From positions 992,001-1,056,000 of the forward strand of contig JBNJNM010000023.1 in assembly GCA_052426225.1 (NCBI GenBank): DNA of 64,000 nt. Reading direction: 5' to 3'. Position numbers and translations under genes: made by a program. Within the stretch, counting starts at the first letter, position 1. Every line of letters starts with the position of its first letter. A model generated the notes under the pieces. The model had not been told where the DNA came from. It worked only from the letters and a program-made list of their open reading frames with translations, and did no database searches. This document shows, one piece after another, positions 50,031-63,468 of this stretch. This stretch comes from Zancudomyces culisetae HAW-14-8. Lineage: Eukaryota; Fungi; Kickxellomycota.

Positions 50031-52517
50031 ATTTGATACTCGAATTTAAATAAAATTGTGACAAGCTAATGCGCTGATGCAGTATGAAAATGATGATGAC
50101 TATAATATGTCTTTTTGTCTTGTATAAAGAAACTTCAATTGTTGATGTACATCTTGTTTCAATGATATTCTGAACATTTTATACTTTTTTTTTTCTCTCT
50201 GTTACATCTATACTACTCTTGAAACCGCGTAAGATGACCAATTTTAGTGTTTCCAATATATTTTAAAAAGTGTTCAATTTTAAAAAGTCGAGAAAGCATC
50301 TAGTTTCAAAGCATTAGGCTGAATGAAAGTGTACTAAAAAATGATAATTTAGGTGTTATGTAATTCATAGCTTCTAATTTTAATCTTTGACAACTTTTCT
50401 ATATTTGCTAGCCTCGCTTACAATGTAGTGGTATACTAGAACTAGTAATCTTATAAGGTAGTAGAGCAATTTTTTCTGCTCATGAATTGTGCCCTTACTG
50501 TAACTGGTAGATTGAAAATAATTTTGTAATTTTTATCTAATCAACACTAATTCTGTTCCGATTTTTTGATTTCGCAGTTCCGATAGTTTAAAAGCATTAA
50601 ATCCCAACAAGTAAAAACGGTTACGTAATTGAAATAAATAAATAATAACATCCAAATTTGATTTACTATTTGAAAAGGTTTATCTAAAGCGATATTTTAA
50701 TTCATCTAAAAATAACACTATTCCACAAAATTCCCATTAAAAAGAGAAAATAGACCCATAAACTATTATACGTCCTTGAAAAAGACGTAAAACCGACAAA
50801 ATGATCCGTTCCTGCAATTCCAAGGAATAATACTCTTTATTTCGATACTTCCCGACAAGAGGTGGCCATTGGGTTTAATTATTAGATTGGTAATAATTAC
50901 AAATCTGTTTTGAACCTAAAATTACGTTTCTATACCTCTCACCAACGAATACACCAGATAACTAACAAGGCCAAAGAGCATTTTAAAAGACAAGATAGAT
51001 TTCGAGTTTCTAGCCTCGAGAAAGACAGCACTTACACTAATAAATTATTCAAAGGCATTTTCTATTAATAAGTGAGTAGAATTAACCCGTGTTTTAAATC
51101 AAGGTGTATTATCAATCACACAATGTGATGTATTCATATGCTAATGATGCTTTCAGTTTACCTAATAATAATGGCCTTAATATATCTCGATACCAAGCTA
51201 TTTGAAAGCTAAAGTAACGTGCAAAACATTCTTACAAAGATAGAAAAGAACGGAATCAAATTGTTTTTAATGTCTAAATAATAGCCTTATGAATAAATAT
51301 TTACATGTTTCCATCAAAAAGAGTACACTTGGCTTATAATTATAAGTAAACAAAGCCCAATAAAGTAATATTAATCTTTATATGTGGCATGGTCAACCAG
51401 GAGACTACCCTAGCCTCATACTTGTTTTTATTTAGTATGTAAATACTGGAGTTTCAATAGTATACTCCAAGGTGTCGGTTCGATTTATCGTGAAATTGCG
51501 AGTTTTTAATGTTGATCCTTTTTCCTTCAACACTTTAGATTGTTTTTAAAACTTGCTCATTAAATCTTATTTATAAAAAGATTAAATTACCTAAATTAGA
51601 ATCATGCGCCTACCTAGTCTTGAAATTAACATGTAGAAGAGCCTAATTAATATGTCAATTATCTCTAAAGGCATAAATATAATTCGTACTATAATCCCGA
51701 AGTGAGGTTAATAACCATATTTGCTTAAAATGGGCCAATCAATTAAGCGCTAGAATTTGAACAAATCTTTCAACCAATAAGAACTCGGTACATCTATCAT
51801 TACAAATATTCTCGTATCACAATTATATAGGTATATGCAACATATTCAACAAATTATAAATGCTGATTACGATATGATTTAAAATAGAATATGCAATTTC
51901 AAAAAAAAACAAGCGTACTTCGGGTCATCTAGTACATGATAAATAATTTACAAACCCTGAATGCCACCGGTACCGTTTATACTGTGATATGTCTTTTTTT
52001 AGATTTCACATTTCCCTCAAAAACCGGAATAGATTACTAAAAATAATTTTTTTTCGCTTTCGTTCAAATGCAAACGGCCAAAAATATTGATTCTCTAAGT
52101 AAAAGCCTTTGTATTTCTTTAATTTTTAGAGAACATCAAGGTAAAAGCATTGACATTAGGTATCATAAAACAAGTTATGCCCATTAAATGTTAACTCTGA
52201 TACCTATTAACACACTTATAAATATAATAATCTAAATATAGTTCTACTATTCTGAGTGAGCTGATAGAGGAATGAATTCGTCATTGATTCGGATATATTG
52301 ACAATAGTTGTAATGTCATTGTTACCAGCTATCTAGCAATTTTGTCTAGTAACTTTTAATTCAATACACCATTATATTTACAAACAAGAAGGTCACAACA
52401 AAAAAAGTATAAAAAGTCCAGGTTTTTTTCAGAATCCTATTCTATACAATTCAAAAACATTTCAACTGTGTCCTAGATAAAAGGTGTTTAGATTAAATAG
52501 TCAAAAAATAAATTAAG

Positions 52518-52940
52518 ATGGTAAACATTTTGTTGACAACCGCAGTTTTGATTGCCTCAAAGCTTGTAGCTGGTGCTAGCATTCCAGATACCCAGACAAA
52601 TATTTCTAAAAGGCAAGACGACGACAATCGCAACATCTGCTATGGAGACAATAAAAAGCAATACCCTAACAAATTTCTAAATATTGAAATGTTTGCACAA
52701 AGGTCAAGGATAAATAGAATTGGTTTCAAAACAATTAATCCAAATCGATGCTATGTCATGCCAACTACTGGTTCCTGCTTGCTTAATGGTGGTACGCCTG
52801 GTGAAGGAACAATAATGTTCTGCACTGGAACCAACTGCGATGGTTACTGCCGGGCTCAGCCAAGACAAGTCTGGTATACCCCCGGAGATATGCAGAAAGA
52901 TATTGGAGGGCTTGCAAATTCAGTTTATTGGACAATTTGA
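52518..52940 (+). CDS. Small secreted Cys-containing protein, crystallin-like family member 5 (closest to 26318)
   Basis: Signal peptide, KR site, motifs PNRCY, SCLLNGGTPGEGTIMFCTGTNCDGYC and GGLANSVYW; TATAAAA at 52408. Confidence 0.85.
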   Translation: MVNILLTTAVLIASKLVAGASIPDTQTNISKRQDDDNRNICYGDNKKQYPNKFLNIEMFAQRSRINRIGFKTINPNRCYVMPTTGSCLLNGGTPGEGTIMFCTGTNCDGYCRAQPRQVWYTPGDMQKDIGGLANSVYWTI

Positions 52941-54794
52941 TAAGTGATGAAAGTGCATTACTTCACGAGCCGTCAAGAACGCATTTAAATTTGCATAGTT
53001 ACTCTTATTTTCATTATATCATTCACATTTAATTTAGCTACTATTTTATAGCATAGCATAAAAAAACTTTACAAAAATATATTCTCAGAATTTGTTTTTA
53101 TATTAAATTAAAGCTGATCTGAAGATCTTTGAAGTGTATATTGTATTTTTAGTGATATTATAGACAAATTATAAAACAACTTAATATATCTATGGAGACC
53201 GCTTAACTCTAGATTTTTGGTAGTGAAGTACCTAAAATGTAACTTAACTTTGTATATGAAATCAATTAGTCTATTAATTTTCTTAATGTAAATATGCTAT
53301 TGTATCTAAAGTATATCGAACACATATGGACTATCAAAAATTGTTATTAAAATGTATTCATTAATCGAGGAAAAACAGTGTAACTGATTTGAATCGTAAA
53401 GTAAATAGCACTAAAATAAACAGTTATACAAATAAAAACCCCGATAAAATCACCTCATCTTAGCTTCTTTAATCTGTTGATTGTAGTACTAATTTCCATA
53501 GTTGCAGTCTATTGAGAAACCTAAAGTAGTTTAGATCAGACCCTATAGATGTTTTATTTTTGGTTGCTGTTTTAATCTAGTAGAAATGTTTTATGCCCTA
53601 CTTGGAGGCTATTGGCTACTAAGATATACTCGAGTAAAACAACTATAGTTTATAATTAACAATATTGTGTACTATTATAATGTTCAGATACAACAAATTA
53701 ACTTTTCTAAAAATTTTACTAATTTTATAGAACAAACTCAAATGCATAACTGTCAAATAAGAGTATCAATAAAATTAACATACAAATTACAACTGATGAG
53801 AAATCCAATATGTTTAATATTTTGTTATTAATGTATGCATCGTCTATTTAGGCTAAACTCGACTTTGTTCTCTCATAAGTAGATAATGAAATAGGCCTTG
53901 TATTATTTTTCAATATTTTAAAATATTCCAACTATTAACATTCATATTATGAAATAAATTCAATAATTTCTCAAAAGTCGAGACATTAATATTATTAATA
54001 TATTATTTTCTTATTTATAATAAATAACACTTTTTTCATCTGTTTAGTAAATCAAACTATTCTTGCTGTTCAGTTATACTTAACTTTCAAAAAGTATTAA
54101 AAGGTGCTTTATTAATTAAATTAAATCTAAACCACTCCATTAATATACTTTGAACCTTTTTACATACTAACCAGAAATTTAAGTGAAAGGAAAAAGATAA
54201 CCTTTTATTATAATGTAGCTATAAATGGTAATAAGCTTTAAATTGTAGAGTTTTCTCATACAGGCAGTTAAGTTTATAATTTGGGCCTTATTCAGGTGTT
54301 TTGCTCTGAATTACGAATTTCGCAATTGTTAATTGACTTCAACATATCAAAAATAATAAATATAATTCTAGTAATCTTCGGATTAAAGTATTATACAATT
54401 GGTTAAGCTTGCAACGTATTCATTTGTTGAAAGATGTTGTAGATTCTATAAAATATATCATGTGACTATTTCATTCAAGTTGTGAAAAGACTACCTATTA
54501 GATTTACAGCTACATGGTATTTTAATAATCATAATTGTAGAATGGTTTGTGAAAACCATTAATACCATATTTCCCATTTATAAATGAATTTAATTTTAAA
54601 CTTAATTAGTATGTTTAGTTGATTAAAGAATAATAAATTGACATGAAAATGCACGGTTAAAATTAAATCCTACCTACTCTTTATATAACTTCATAATCTT
54701 TTCTTGAGCAATTCTTTACCACGAATTCATTATTAAATGTTAAAATTTTCGCAACTAAAATCTCATCAGTACTTTATAAAATGTATAGATTATG

Positions 54795-55014
54795 TCGGAC
54801 GTGACCGGGTGGATCACGTTCGTTTGTCGGGTTTCTCATGGTTGCAAGCTATTGATTGATTATATCTTCCAAATCATGAAACGGGTCACGTGAGGAGATC
54901 GATTCAATTTCCATAGAAGACACTCAATGGTCGGTCGCTATCTGATGAGTAGCGACCATCATCTCGGAACTGCTGGATTATGGCTGTCCTGATTTGCTTT
55001 ATGAGACCTGACAT
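54795..55014 (-). mobile_element. Degenerate gag-like cassette (copy B)
   Basis: MSGLIKQIRTAIIQQFRDDGRYSSDSDR, then a frameshift; homologous to 63469-63722. Confidence 0.6.
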
Positions 55015-55055
55015 TTAGATTTTATTAATTTTAATCTAATACTTTAAAATAATCT

Positions 55056-58000
55056 TAATATATTTAGTTGAATATAATATAAACTAATTATTATTATGCA
55101 AATGCCAGATACAATTATGTGTGTTACCAAATCTTTATTTAATTTCGAATTCTTTCCTAGATACTAAATAATTAAACCCCAAAATTTATTTCAAATGTTC
55201 CAATATGTTCGAAATTTCGTAATCTGAAATTATGAAATCAAGAATAATCTAAAGAGTTTGAATTCAGTACTAAAATTTCTCATAACATTTGGGTTAAAAA
55301 TATGTAAAATTATCTTAAAACAACAACAAAATGAAAATAAAGTATATAAACCGTCTGTTTTCCAGTTTTCTTGAGTTCCTTACCATCGGTTGAGCTAGAC
55401 TAAATCGGAACAGGGTGAGACATAAATGTATCTGGCATTCGCATAATAATATTAAGTTTTGATTTCATTCAACTAAACATGATAATTTGCTACATTGACC
55501 AGATAAATTTATAATGCTTCAGAGTTTAATACGTAAATGTCAAATTTTCTCTTGTTCTACGTGATAACTGATAGTATGTATCAAATATTCCTCTGCTTGC
55601 CCAAAATCCTTGGGTAATAACATCATCGTATGTTGCACCTGATGAAGTAGCACGAGTAGATCCATGTGCTCTTGCCTTTGGTACTTTAGCGTTTGGCGGT
55701 AATGGTATAAGCGACATAAGTTTGTTAATGTGCTTGCTAATACGCTGTGCTCCAATGTTAGTACTGTGGTCCTTGAGACTCCTGATGAGATAGGATATTG
55801 AGTTTCCGTCGAGCAAAGGATGTGGTTTTACGCATGGTATAACCTCAATCCGCTTTTTGTAAACCTGATAAGTTTCAACCGGAATAATTTTTTGTCAGAG
55901 TGTGCATGGATTATAGAAACTTTTTCAATTGGAGTTCCATTGCGTTTCTCCTTTGATCCAACAATAATAAAATTGATGTATTCTCTTGTCACTGACGTCT
56001 TGCTGTCGTCAATCCTCTCAATGTCGCTTGGCCTGAGAAAGCCACAGATGGCTATGAGCCAGCATAGTTTTGCAGTCAAGTCATACTTTGACATTCTGGA
56101 GTTAGGCCCAAGTTTCCTGATGTGGTCAATGATTGGACTGATGTCATAAAGCGATATGTCAAAGAATCTGACGTTTGATGAAGATAGTTGTTTGAGATAC
56201 TCTTTCATTAGTGGATCGTCACTGAAAGAAGCCCAATCACTGGTTATGCCAAGAATGGCGGACTTGTAGTTTTTGACTGTTCCGAGTCTCCAGTTTAGCG
56301 CTTTGCGTTGCTGCTCCAGATAGTTGATAACGTCAACGACTGTTACGTTTTCTATGGAGATTAAAGATGTAGAAAGCCACTGTAGGAACTTGGTCTTCGG
56401 GCTCAGATATTTCTTCTGCTTGGTCTTAACTCGAGTGTTGTCGAGCATCAAATTGATGACCTGGTCATCTAATCCTGCTTCCTGATACCTTGCGCGCTTA
56501 ACCGCCAAGCCGTAAGTGACCATGTCTTGTTGCGCATTGTCGCTGCTTTTCCGCTTCTCGGGTCTGGGATAACTGCTGACGAATGAATCTTGATTGGCGG
56601 TGCAATTGACAGGCTCTTTAGGTCCGGATACCACGGGGCTGATCTCCAGAACAGCGTGATCAGAGTCGCTGTGATCCTCTCCTGGCGGATCTTTTGGATG
56701 GTACGCTGGATCAGATTCCACAGTGGACACAAGTATGGATTCTTCCACACTGTCCAACTGTGGTTGAAGGCGTTGATCCTGACTGCTTGGGGGCAGTATT
56801 TCCAACACACAAATGTGTTCAGTTTGTGATTGGTGCTGCTCGCAAACATGTCGATATCGTGAGGACCAAAGTATTTTTGAATCCTTTGAAACACTCTTTC
56901 CGATATCGACCATTCGGTCTGCAAAGTAAGCCGGGATGGGGCGTCTGCCGGATTCACAATGGATGGTACGTACTGGATCTGTACCCTGGTCCCGTTGCTG
57001 ATGCAGTGTTTCCACATCAGTTCCGATATGTCTAGCAGGTTGGGCGATCTGGTCCCTCCCTGTTTCTTGACATAGCTGATGGAGGTGTTGTTGTCGCAGT
57101 ATACAACCACACTCCTGCCCTTTACCTGGGGCATCTTGATAGCCTTGTATATGGCTAGTAGCTCCTTGGCGTTGATCGGGAGCTTGGACTGTGCTTTGGT
57201 CCATATTCCTGAGTACTGGCTCTGACCAATAACTATCCCCCAATGGAAGTCGCTCGCGTCTGTGTAGACTTCCACTTCCGGAATCTCTGGGAGGAAGCTC
57301 AGGCCGTTCCATTCCTTCAGATGATCTCTCCACCAGATCAGGTTGTCTAGAGCTGGCTGATCCAAAGATACTTCTGTGCTACAATCCCGCGTGGTCCGCA
57401 GGGTAGCATTCTTGAGCTCCAAAAGCCTCCTGCTCATGAGTCTGCCTGGACGGAGAGCGATGTTCACTACCTGTGTCTTGCAAATGAAAGACGATAAGCA
57501 TCTCAGCGTCGTCTTCCCATTCCTGATCAGTTTGGATGCCTCTCGCGTAAGATCCCTGAGTTTCTGCTTGGGAATCCTGAAGCTCATTTGGCGGGTGTTG
57601 ATGTCCATACCCAAATGGCTGATAGACTGCTTGGGGTTCATTGACGACTTCTCGTTGTTTAAAATGAACCCTAATTTGGCTAGCTTGTTTGCAACCATCG
57701 TAGTGTACTTGCTACACTCGCTTCTGGTTGATCCCAAGACCAGCAAATCGTCCAAGTAGCTCGAGATTCGGATCCCTCGAGCTCTGGCCCACTTGAGAAC
57801 TGGCTTTAATATTTTGGTGAATACTAGCGGGCTTAAGGACAGATCAAATGGCAGTACCCTGTACTGGTAGACGCGATGGCCTCACGTCAACCTGAGATAT
57901 TTTCTTGACGCCTTGTTGAAGAGCACATGCAAGAAAGCATCGCTGAGATCGATGCTTGTCATCCAGTCACCCTTTCGCAACATTCGCGAGATGGTGTTCA

Positions 58001-58455
58001 GTGATTCCATCTTGAAATGCTGCTCGGGGATGTACTGGTTTAAAGGTCTCAGGTTGAGAACCATCCGTGTTCCTCCATTCTTCTTTGGGACGGTGAATGT
58101 CCTTGAGAAGAATCCTGGCTGCGCTGCTGAAACTTCCTCTATAGCTTTTTTGGAGAGGAGACTTGTAATCTCCTGCTCGACGAGCTTTTCCGGAAGTTTC
58201 ATTAAGTCCTTCACGCACGGCTTTGGCTGCTTGACCGTGCGAGGATGCGCATTGAAGGGGATTCGGAACCCTTCCTTGATCACCTGGAGTACCCATTGGT
58301 GATCGGTAAGCTTCTTCCATGCCTCCTGGAATAGCTTCAGTCAACCCCCTACTTTCGGGGTCTGATGCTGCTGCCACCCCGAAAATTATTCTTAGGAGTA
58401 TTGAAACGGGGCTGCCTCTGCTCCTGGACCAACTGTGGCTCTTTGAGCTGTGACT
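55056..58455 (-). mobile_element. Second DIRS element, 5'-truncated and pseudogenised (gag tail, RT/RNase H/MT, YR, ICR, right ITR)
   Basis: Protein-level homology to 39121-41913. Stop within RT at 57882, frameshifted YR, ICR near 55420-55480, ITR about 55056-55387. Left ITR and most of gag are missing. Confidence 0.92.
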
Positions 58456-58897
58456 CTGTTTTATTACCGAAATTATACCAAGTAAAGTTAGTATTAACAA
58501 ATTAACACACAGTTAATTTATAAAAGCTATTATTAATAATTAGTATAAAACTCGCAGTAATACATGCAATAATATTTTTATTAACTTTATTGTCGTTAAA
58601 CGTGATATACAAACAAATTTTACATGTAAAGGTATATTATCTCAAATTATTCAATTAAGTTTGAAATAATTATTAATATATAATTTAAACTAAAAAACAT
58701 ATTTAATTTAAAAAATATTAATGTTGATACGTTCATTATTTATTTTGAGTATCAATATTAATGCTATAAACTAATACTTATCACAAAATAAATAATATAA
58801 ACTTGTAATACAATAATATATGAAACACAAGTATATCATTAATATAAATTAATTTTATTGTATTTAATATACAATATTGTTAAGATACATGTATATT

Positions 58898-59315
58898 CTA
58901 AAACAATGATAGTGGTGGTGGTCATGGCCTACATTTTTGGAGGGGCCAAAATATTTGCCTATACTTTTGCCTACACTAGTGCCTACACTTTCGATTGCGA
59001 TGACGGTGGCAGTAAGGTCTGCATACTTTACGACGACAACATTTGAGATCTACAAATCCTGCATTATAGTTTAAAAGGTAGACGTTTTTGGGGGCTAGTT
59101 CACCTTTTTTTTTACATACCTTGTATTTGGCTAAGTTGGCCGTGTGGAGGTTAGTTTAATCTTTCATTTTTATATTATTTTAATTATTATTTTTAGTACA
59201 CTACCATTATGTGAAAAAAGTTTTTTAAAGATTTTAATTTGGCTAGATCACTATCTTGGGATTGAGCGGAAACTGAAAAGAGTGCAATAAGGCACAACAA
59301 TTTGATTATAACCAT
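58898..59315 (-). pseudogene. Pseudogenised paralog of the His/Arg/Cys-rich secreted gene at 22772-24214
   Basis: Reads MVIIKLLCLIALFSVSA, PHGQLSQIQ, NVYLLNYNAGFVDLKCCRRKVCRPYCHRHRNRKCRH*..., with frameshifts and stops. Upstream ccatcctgtgc and tataaccgggttc are shared with 24211-24275. Confidence 0.78.
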
Positions 59316-61544
59316 CCTGTGCTGTTGTCTGGCTCTTTATTCCGCATGATTTTTGCCTTATATAACCGGGTTCCTACAACTGCGTGACTAGCTAACTAGA
59401 AAAAACACAACGAATTGCTGTTAGATCTTGGCTGCCAGTACCTCTAAGTTTTTTATTTTGTATTCCTGTGCCTGAAGTTTTATTATGACATATAACACTA
59501 CTATATTTTATTACTGCTTCTTGCTTGTTAGCTATCTGTGAGTGCAACGAAATGATACTAAACTAAATCACGGTATTTTTGACATTTTTATATTTTTGTT
59601 AGATGGAATTTTAAATACATATTTTCTACAATATACAGCTCGCTTGTGGATAGTTGAGTTTAGTTGACCTTCTCTCTGATATTTACTTTTAACATGAGTA
59701 TTCCAGTTTTATTTTACTAATAAATAATTATTAAACTATGTATACTTTCTTCTATTTATCATTCTAGATCTTTTATAAGCGTCATTTATGGTTATTAAAA
59801 GTTACAATCAAATATACTTATTAAGAACTAGATCAAAAAAAAGTTAATTTATCGCACTGACAGGAATTTTATTTTAGTTCTAGCTAAAGTCATTAATTTA
59901 TTAAAATTGAGCCCATAAACTTAGCAAACCTGAACTTGATAATTTACTAGAGCCTAAAGAATATAATTGAATGTTAACTTTTATTTAGGAATAATGTGGG
60001 GTAATAATCATCTAGATCAATCACAATATTTACGATATTACAGCTATTGGTTTGGTGGTTATTTATTGAAATGTATGATCTCACACTCACGCACTATTTG
60101 TTCATAAAAAGGTCGCATTTAATTTTTTTTTGATAGAAATGTATAGTAAAAGTGTATGGGTGTTGAGATTTTAGAGTTTCGGAGATCATGAAGTTGGACT
60201 GAAAAGATTTGAAATATAACATGTCCGAGACTTGCCCTAAAAATTCTCACATTTTTTTTGGCTTCACGAACGGAAGTTGACATTTTTTTCTTATTAAACG
60301 GGATTTTTGCTATCTTTATTGGGTAATATTCTTTTTGTTTTATTTAATGCTTTACAAGTCAAGGACAACTATAATTTGATATTTTGTTTAGCTTTTAAAT
60401 TCATAATAATATACTTTGATAAGTTGATAATAGTCCAGATTGTGCTAATAACTTTTTAACAAGTCAAGAATAACATTAATAAATAGTTGAAAATATATTT
60501 TTATTCTCATACACCCAAGCTACAAAGTTGATGTAATAAGCCTTTAGCGTTTTTCAAAACTTTCAAGCATACAACACTTTTTCTAAACATTTTTTTATAA
60601 ACAGGTATTTGTTTTTGTCCTTGTAACATTTTGAATTAAAGCTAATATGAATCATCCATAATTTAAAACCATATTTTAGAATAACTACACTTAAACAATA
60701 CCAATTATACAAAAAAACTGTATCATTTATGAATGTAGCGAAGGATATGACTATTTTTAAAATCAATAAAAAGAGAATAAAGTAAGTGGCTCTACATTTG
60801 GTAAACAAAAAACACTTTATAAGTAGATAATTAAAATATGCCAAATAAAATAGTAGTTTAAAAAGTCATGAATAGATGCCATCAGAATATGTATCCTTCT
60901 TATAATTGTAAAACTAAGTATCGCAGGAATATGATACTATAATTGTTTCTGATTATTTACGCAGTGATAATTGTTTAAACTTCATCCAACTAAACATATT
61001 AAAATTGATGTATTAAATAGCTTATGAACACAAAATTGCACGGAATAAATCACATGTTAGGTGTAAAGAGATGCATGTATTCTCGCACCGTTAGACGATG
61101 CTTTTAAATCTCAAATTATTCATATTACGGGTATTTATATATATGACATAATTATGTTATAATTATGTGTCACATCTTTACCTCTTTAATTAGCACTGAA
61201 AACTATTATAGAAGTTTGAAAAGATAAATGCTGAACATATTTATCAATCTATATTAAAACATTCAGTGTGATAATATATGTCAGACGGAATCCTTACACC
61301 TTTTATGAAATACATTATTTCAAACTGTAAAATCTACTGGCTGTTAAATAATGCCAGGTCATACCCGATTTGAAATTTATTTCTAGTAAAACCACTTTTC
61401 AAATATGCTCCAAACATCATAATTTAATGTTGACGAACTTCACTAAACGTGTTTATTTCATAGATTTCGGTTCTAATATTTAAAAGATTTTCTATCTCTA
61501 AATCAAATATCCATACGTTAAAAATAGTCGAATTCTGACTCTAA

Positions 61545-61952
61545 CTATGCTAGGAACCAAATCATAGAGTTTGCAGGTCCTCCAACATTGTCAGCTTCCA
61601 CATCATATGGGTAAAGCCAGGCTTTTCTACTTATAGTTGTACACTTTCCACTACAGTCATTACTGTGGCATAGTGCAGCCCATCCGCGCCCTGGTTGTCC
61701 ATCGTCAAATCGAAGTGATAGGGCACTTGGTAATGAGACACATCTGTTTGGTCTTATATTTAGGGTTTCACCTGGACTTTGGAGATTTTTCTCTTTGAAC
61801 ACTTCGACCTTCATTCTAGCACTGCGATTTCGACAAGAACAAAGTCTGTTTGGTCCAATTGGGTATCTATTGTGTTGGCGTAAAGACAAGTCACCCATGC
61901 TGTTTGCAAAGGTTAGTCCCAAAGCTGCTGTTCCGATTATAATGGTCTTCAT
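61545..61952 (-). CDS. Small secreted Cys-containing protein, crystallin-like family member 6
   Basis: Signal peptide; motifs VFKEKNLQS, PNRCV, DGQPGRGWAALCHSNDCSGKC, WLYP and GGPANSMIW. Confidence 0.82.
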   Translation of the reverse strand: MKTIIIGTAALGLTFANSMGDLSLRQHNRYPIGPNRLCSCRNRSARMKVEVFKEKNLQSPGETLNIRPNRCVSLPSALSLRFDDGQPGRGWAALCHSNDCSGKCTTISRKAWLYPYDVEADNVGGPANSMIWFLA

Positions 61953-63468
61953 TTTGTCAGTTAATAATTATAATCTGGTAGATATTTGAATTGTTATTCT
62001 TCTTAATTTTTAAAATATTCTCCAAACCAGCTGGATTTATATACTTTTTTGTTTTGAACAAGTCTAGAGTATAAATCAAATTATAATGTGTAGAGACGAG
62101 TGTTGTAAAAGTAAAGTTAAAAGCTATTTTGTTAATTTTGTCAAAACAATAATTTATGATCATCTGCGTTATAAAACAGTCAATCAACCTTTGGCAAATG
62201 TTGAGAAATTACTAGTTTAAAAAGGTAGTAGTGCATATGATGCATAATTCCAAGTGTTAAGTCGCTATACGAATATCATATGACTAGATTATCAATTCTA
62301 ATATATTTATTGTACTTTATGATATGCTAACCTGTTAGGTTTTAAGAGCTATCATATTGAAAAAACAGTAACAAATCGTTTATGACATGTAGTTAGTTAG
62401 CACTTAGTGGAGATCAAACTTTGAGAATTGATTAACAGATTGCTATGCAGCTCAATTTAAGCAAAAAACATTACGTACATATTTGAACTATTTGAGGGTG
62501 TTTCATAAAAATAGTAATAAGATCCTCTTTAGCTAAAGTAGCACACACTCCAGAACAAAAAATTCAATACAAAAAACACTAGAACAATAGTTGTGTAAAG
62601 TTGCATTATAAGCTACTATTCATTCATTTTAGTTTTTTTGATCAACCAAATTTATAAGCTTATTGTAGCTAAGTGAAGTAGGCTAGATATAAATTATACA
62701 TATTCATGATATCCATTCAAAATAAATGTAGTCAGGCTATAGTTGTAGCATAAATAGAATAGCTGTGTATAATGATAGAATGAGAAAAATTAAAGTTATG
62801 CTATGAAAATAATGTCATGGAACTAATGTGCATATAATCTTCAATTCTTTTTTTTTGGTTTGAATATTTGAATATTTGATTTACACTCAATAACACACTT
62901 GAAACTTTAATACAAATTAAAGATGTGTTTTTATGCCAAGTCAATAATTCTCAGTTATGCTTATTGTAGTATATAGCAACTAAACTTTTTGTAAATGTTT
63001 GTATTAGACCATACTAGAATTGTAAACTGCTATACTTCTTTTTGCAAGTAAATCGTAATTAAAAACCTTAACTAAATATACTAAAGTACACGTATATAAG
63101 TAATATACAATAAGCCTGTTAAAAAAAATACACATTAAATTGTTGCATATTTTAAGCAGGAATTTGGTATTTCACAAAGCCTGAATCAAATATGCTTCAA
63201 CTATAGTTCAAAAGTATGTACAGAATATTCCACAAAAGAATGGCTGTTGAACAATAACACAAAATTAAAACACCAACAGAAAATGATATAGATATTCCAC
63301 GCGTTAATTGGGGGAAGGAATAGGTATCTTCATAACCAAAATCATATCACAAAATTTCAAGAATTATAGCCTTTAGAATTTCAATCCTTTTAGGCAGTTA
63401 AATTGGACGAAGATAATTTTATACAGGGCAAGAAATAAAGGAGGGAGTATATTTTACTATGCGGATAG

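Noticed and set aside
51430-51500. GGTTCGATT resembling a tRNA T-loop
   Set aside because: I could not fold a cloverleaf; the T-stem and acceptor stem do not pair.
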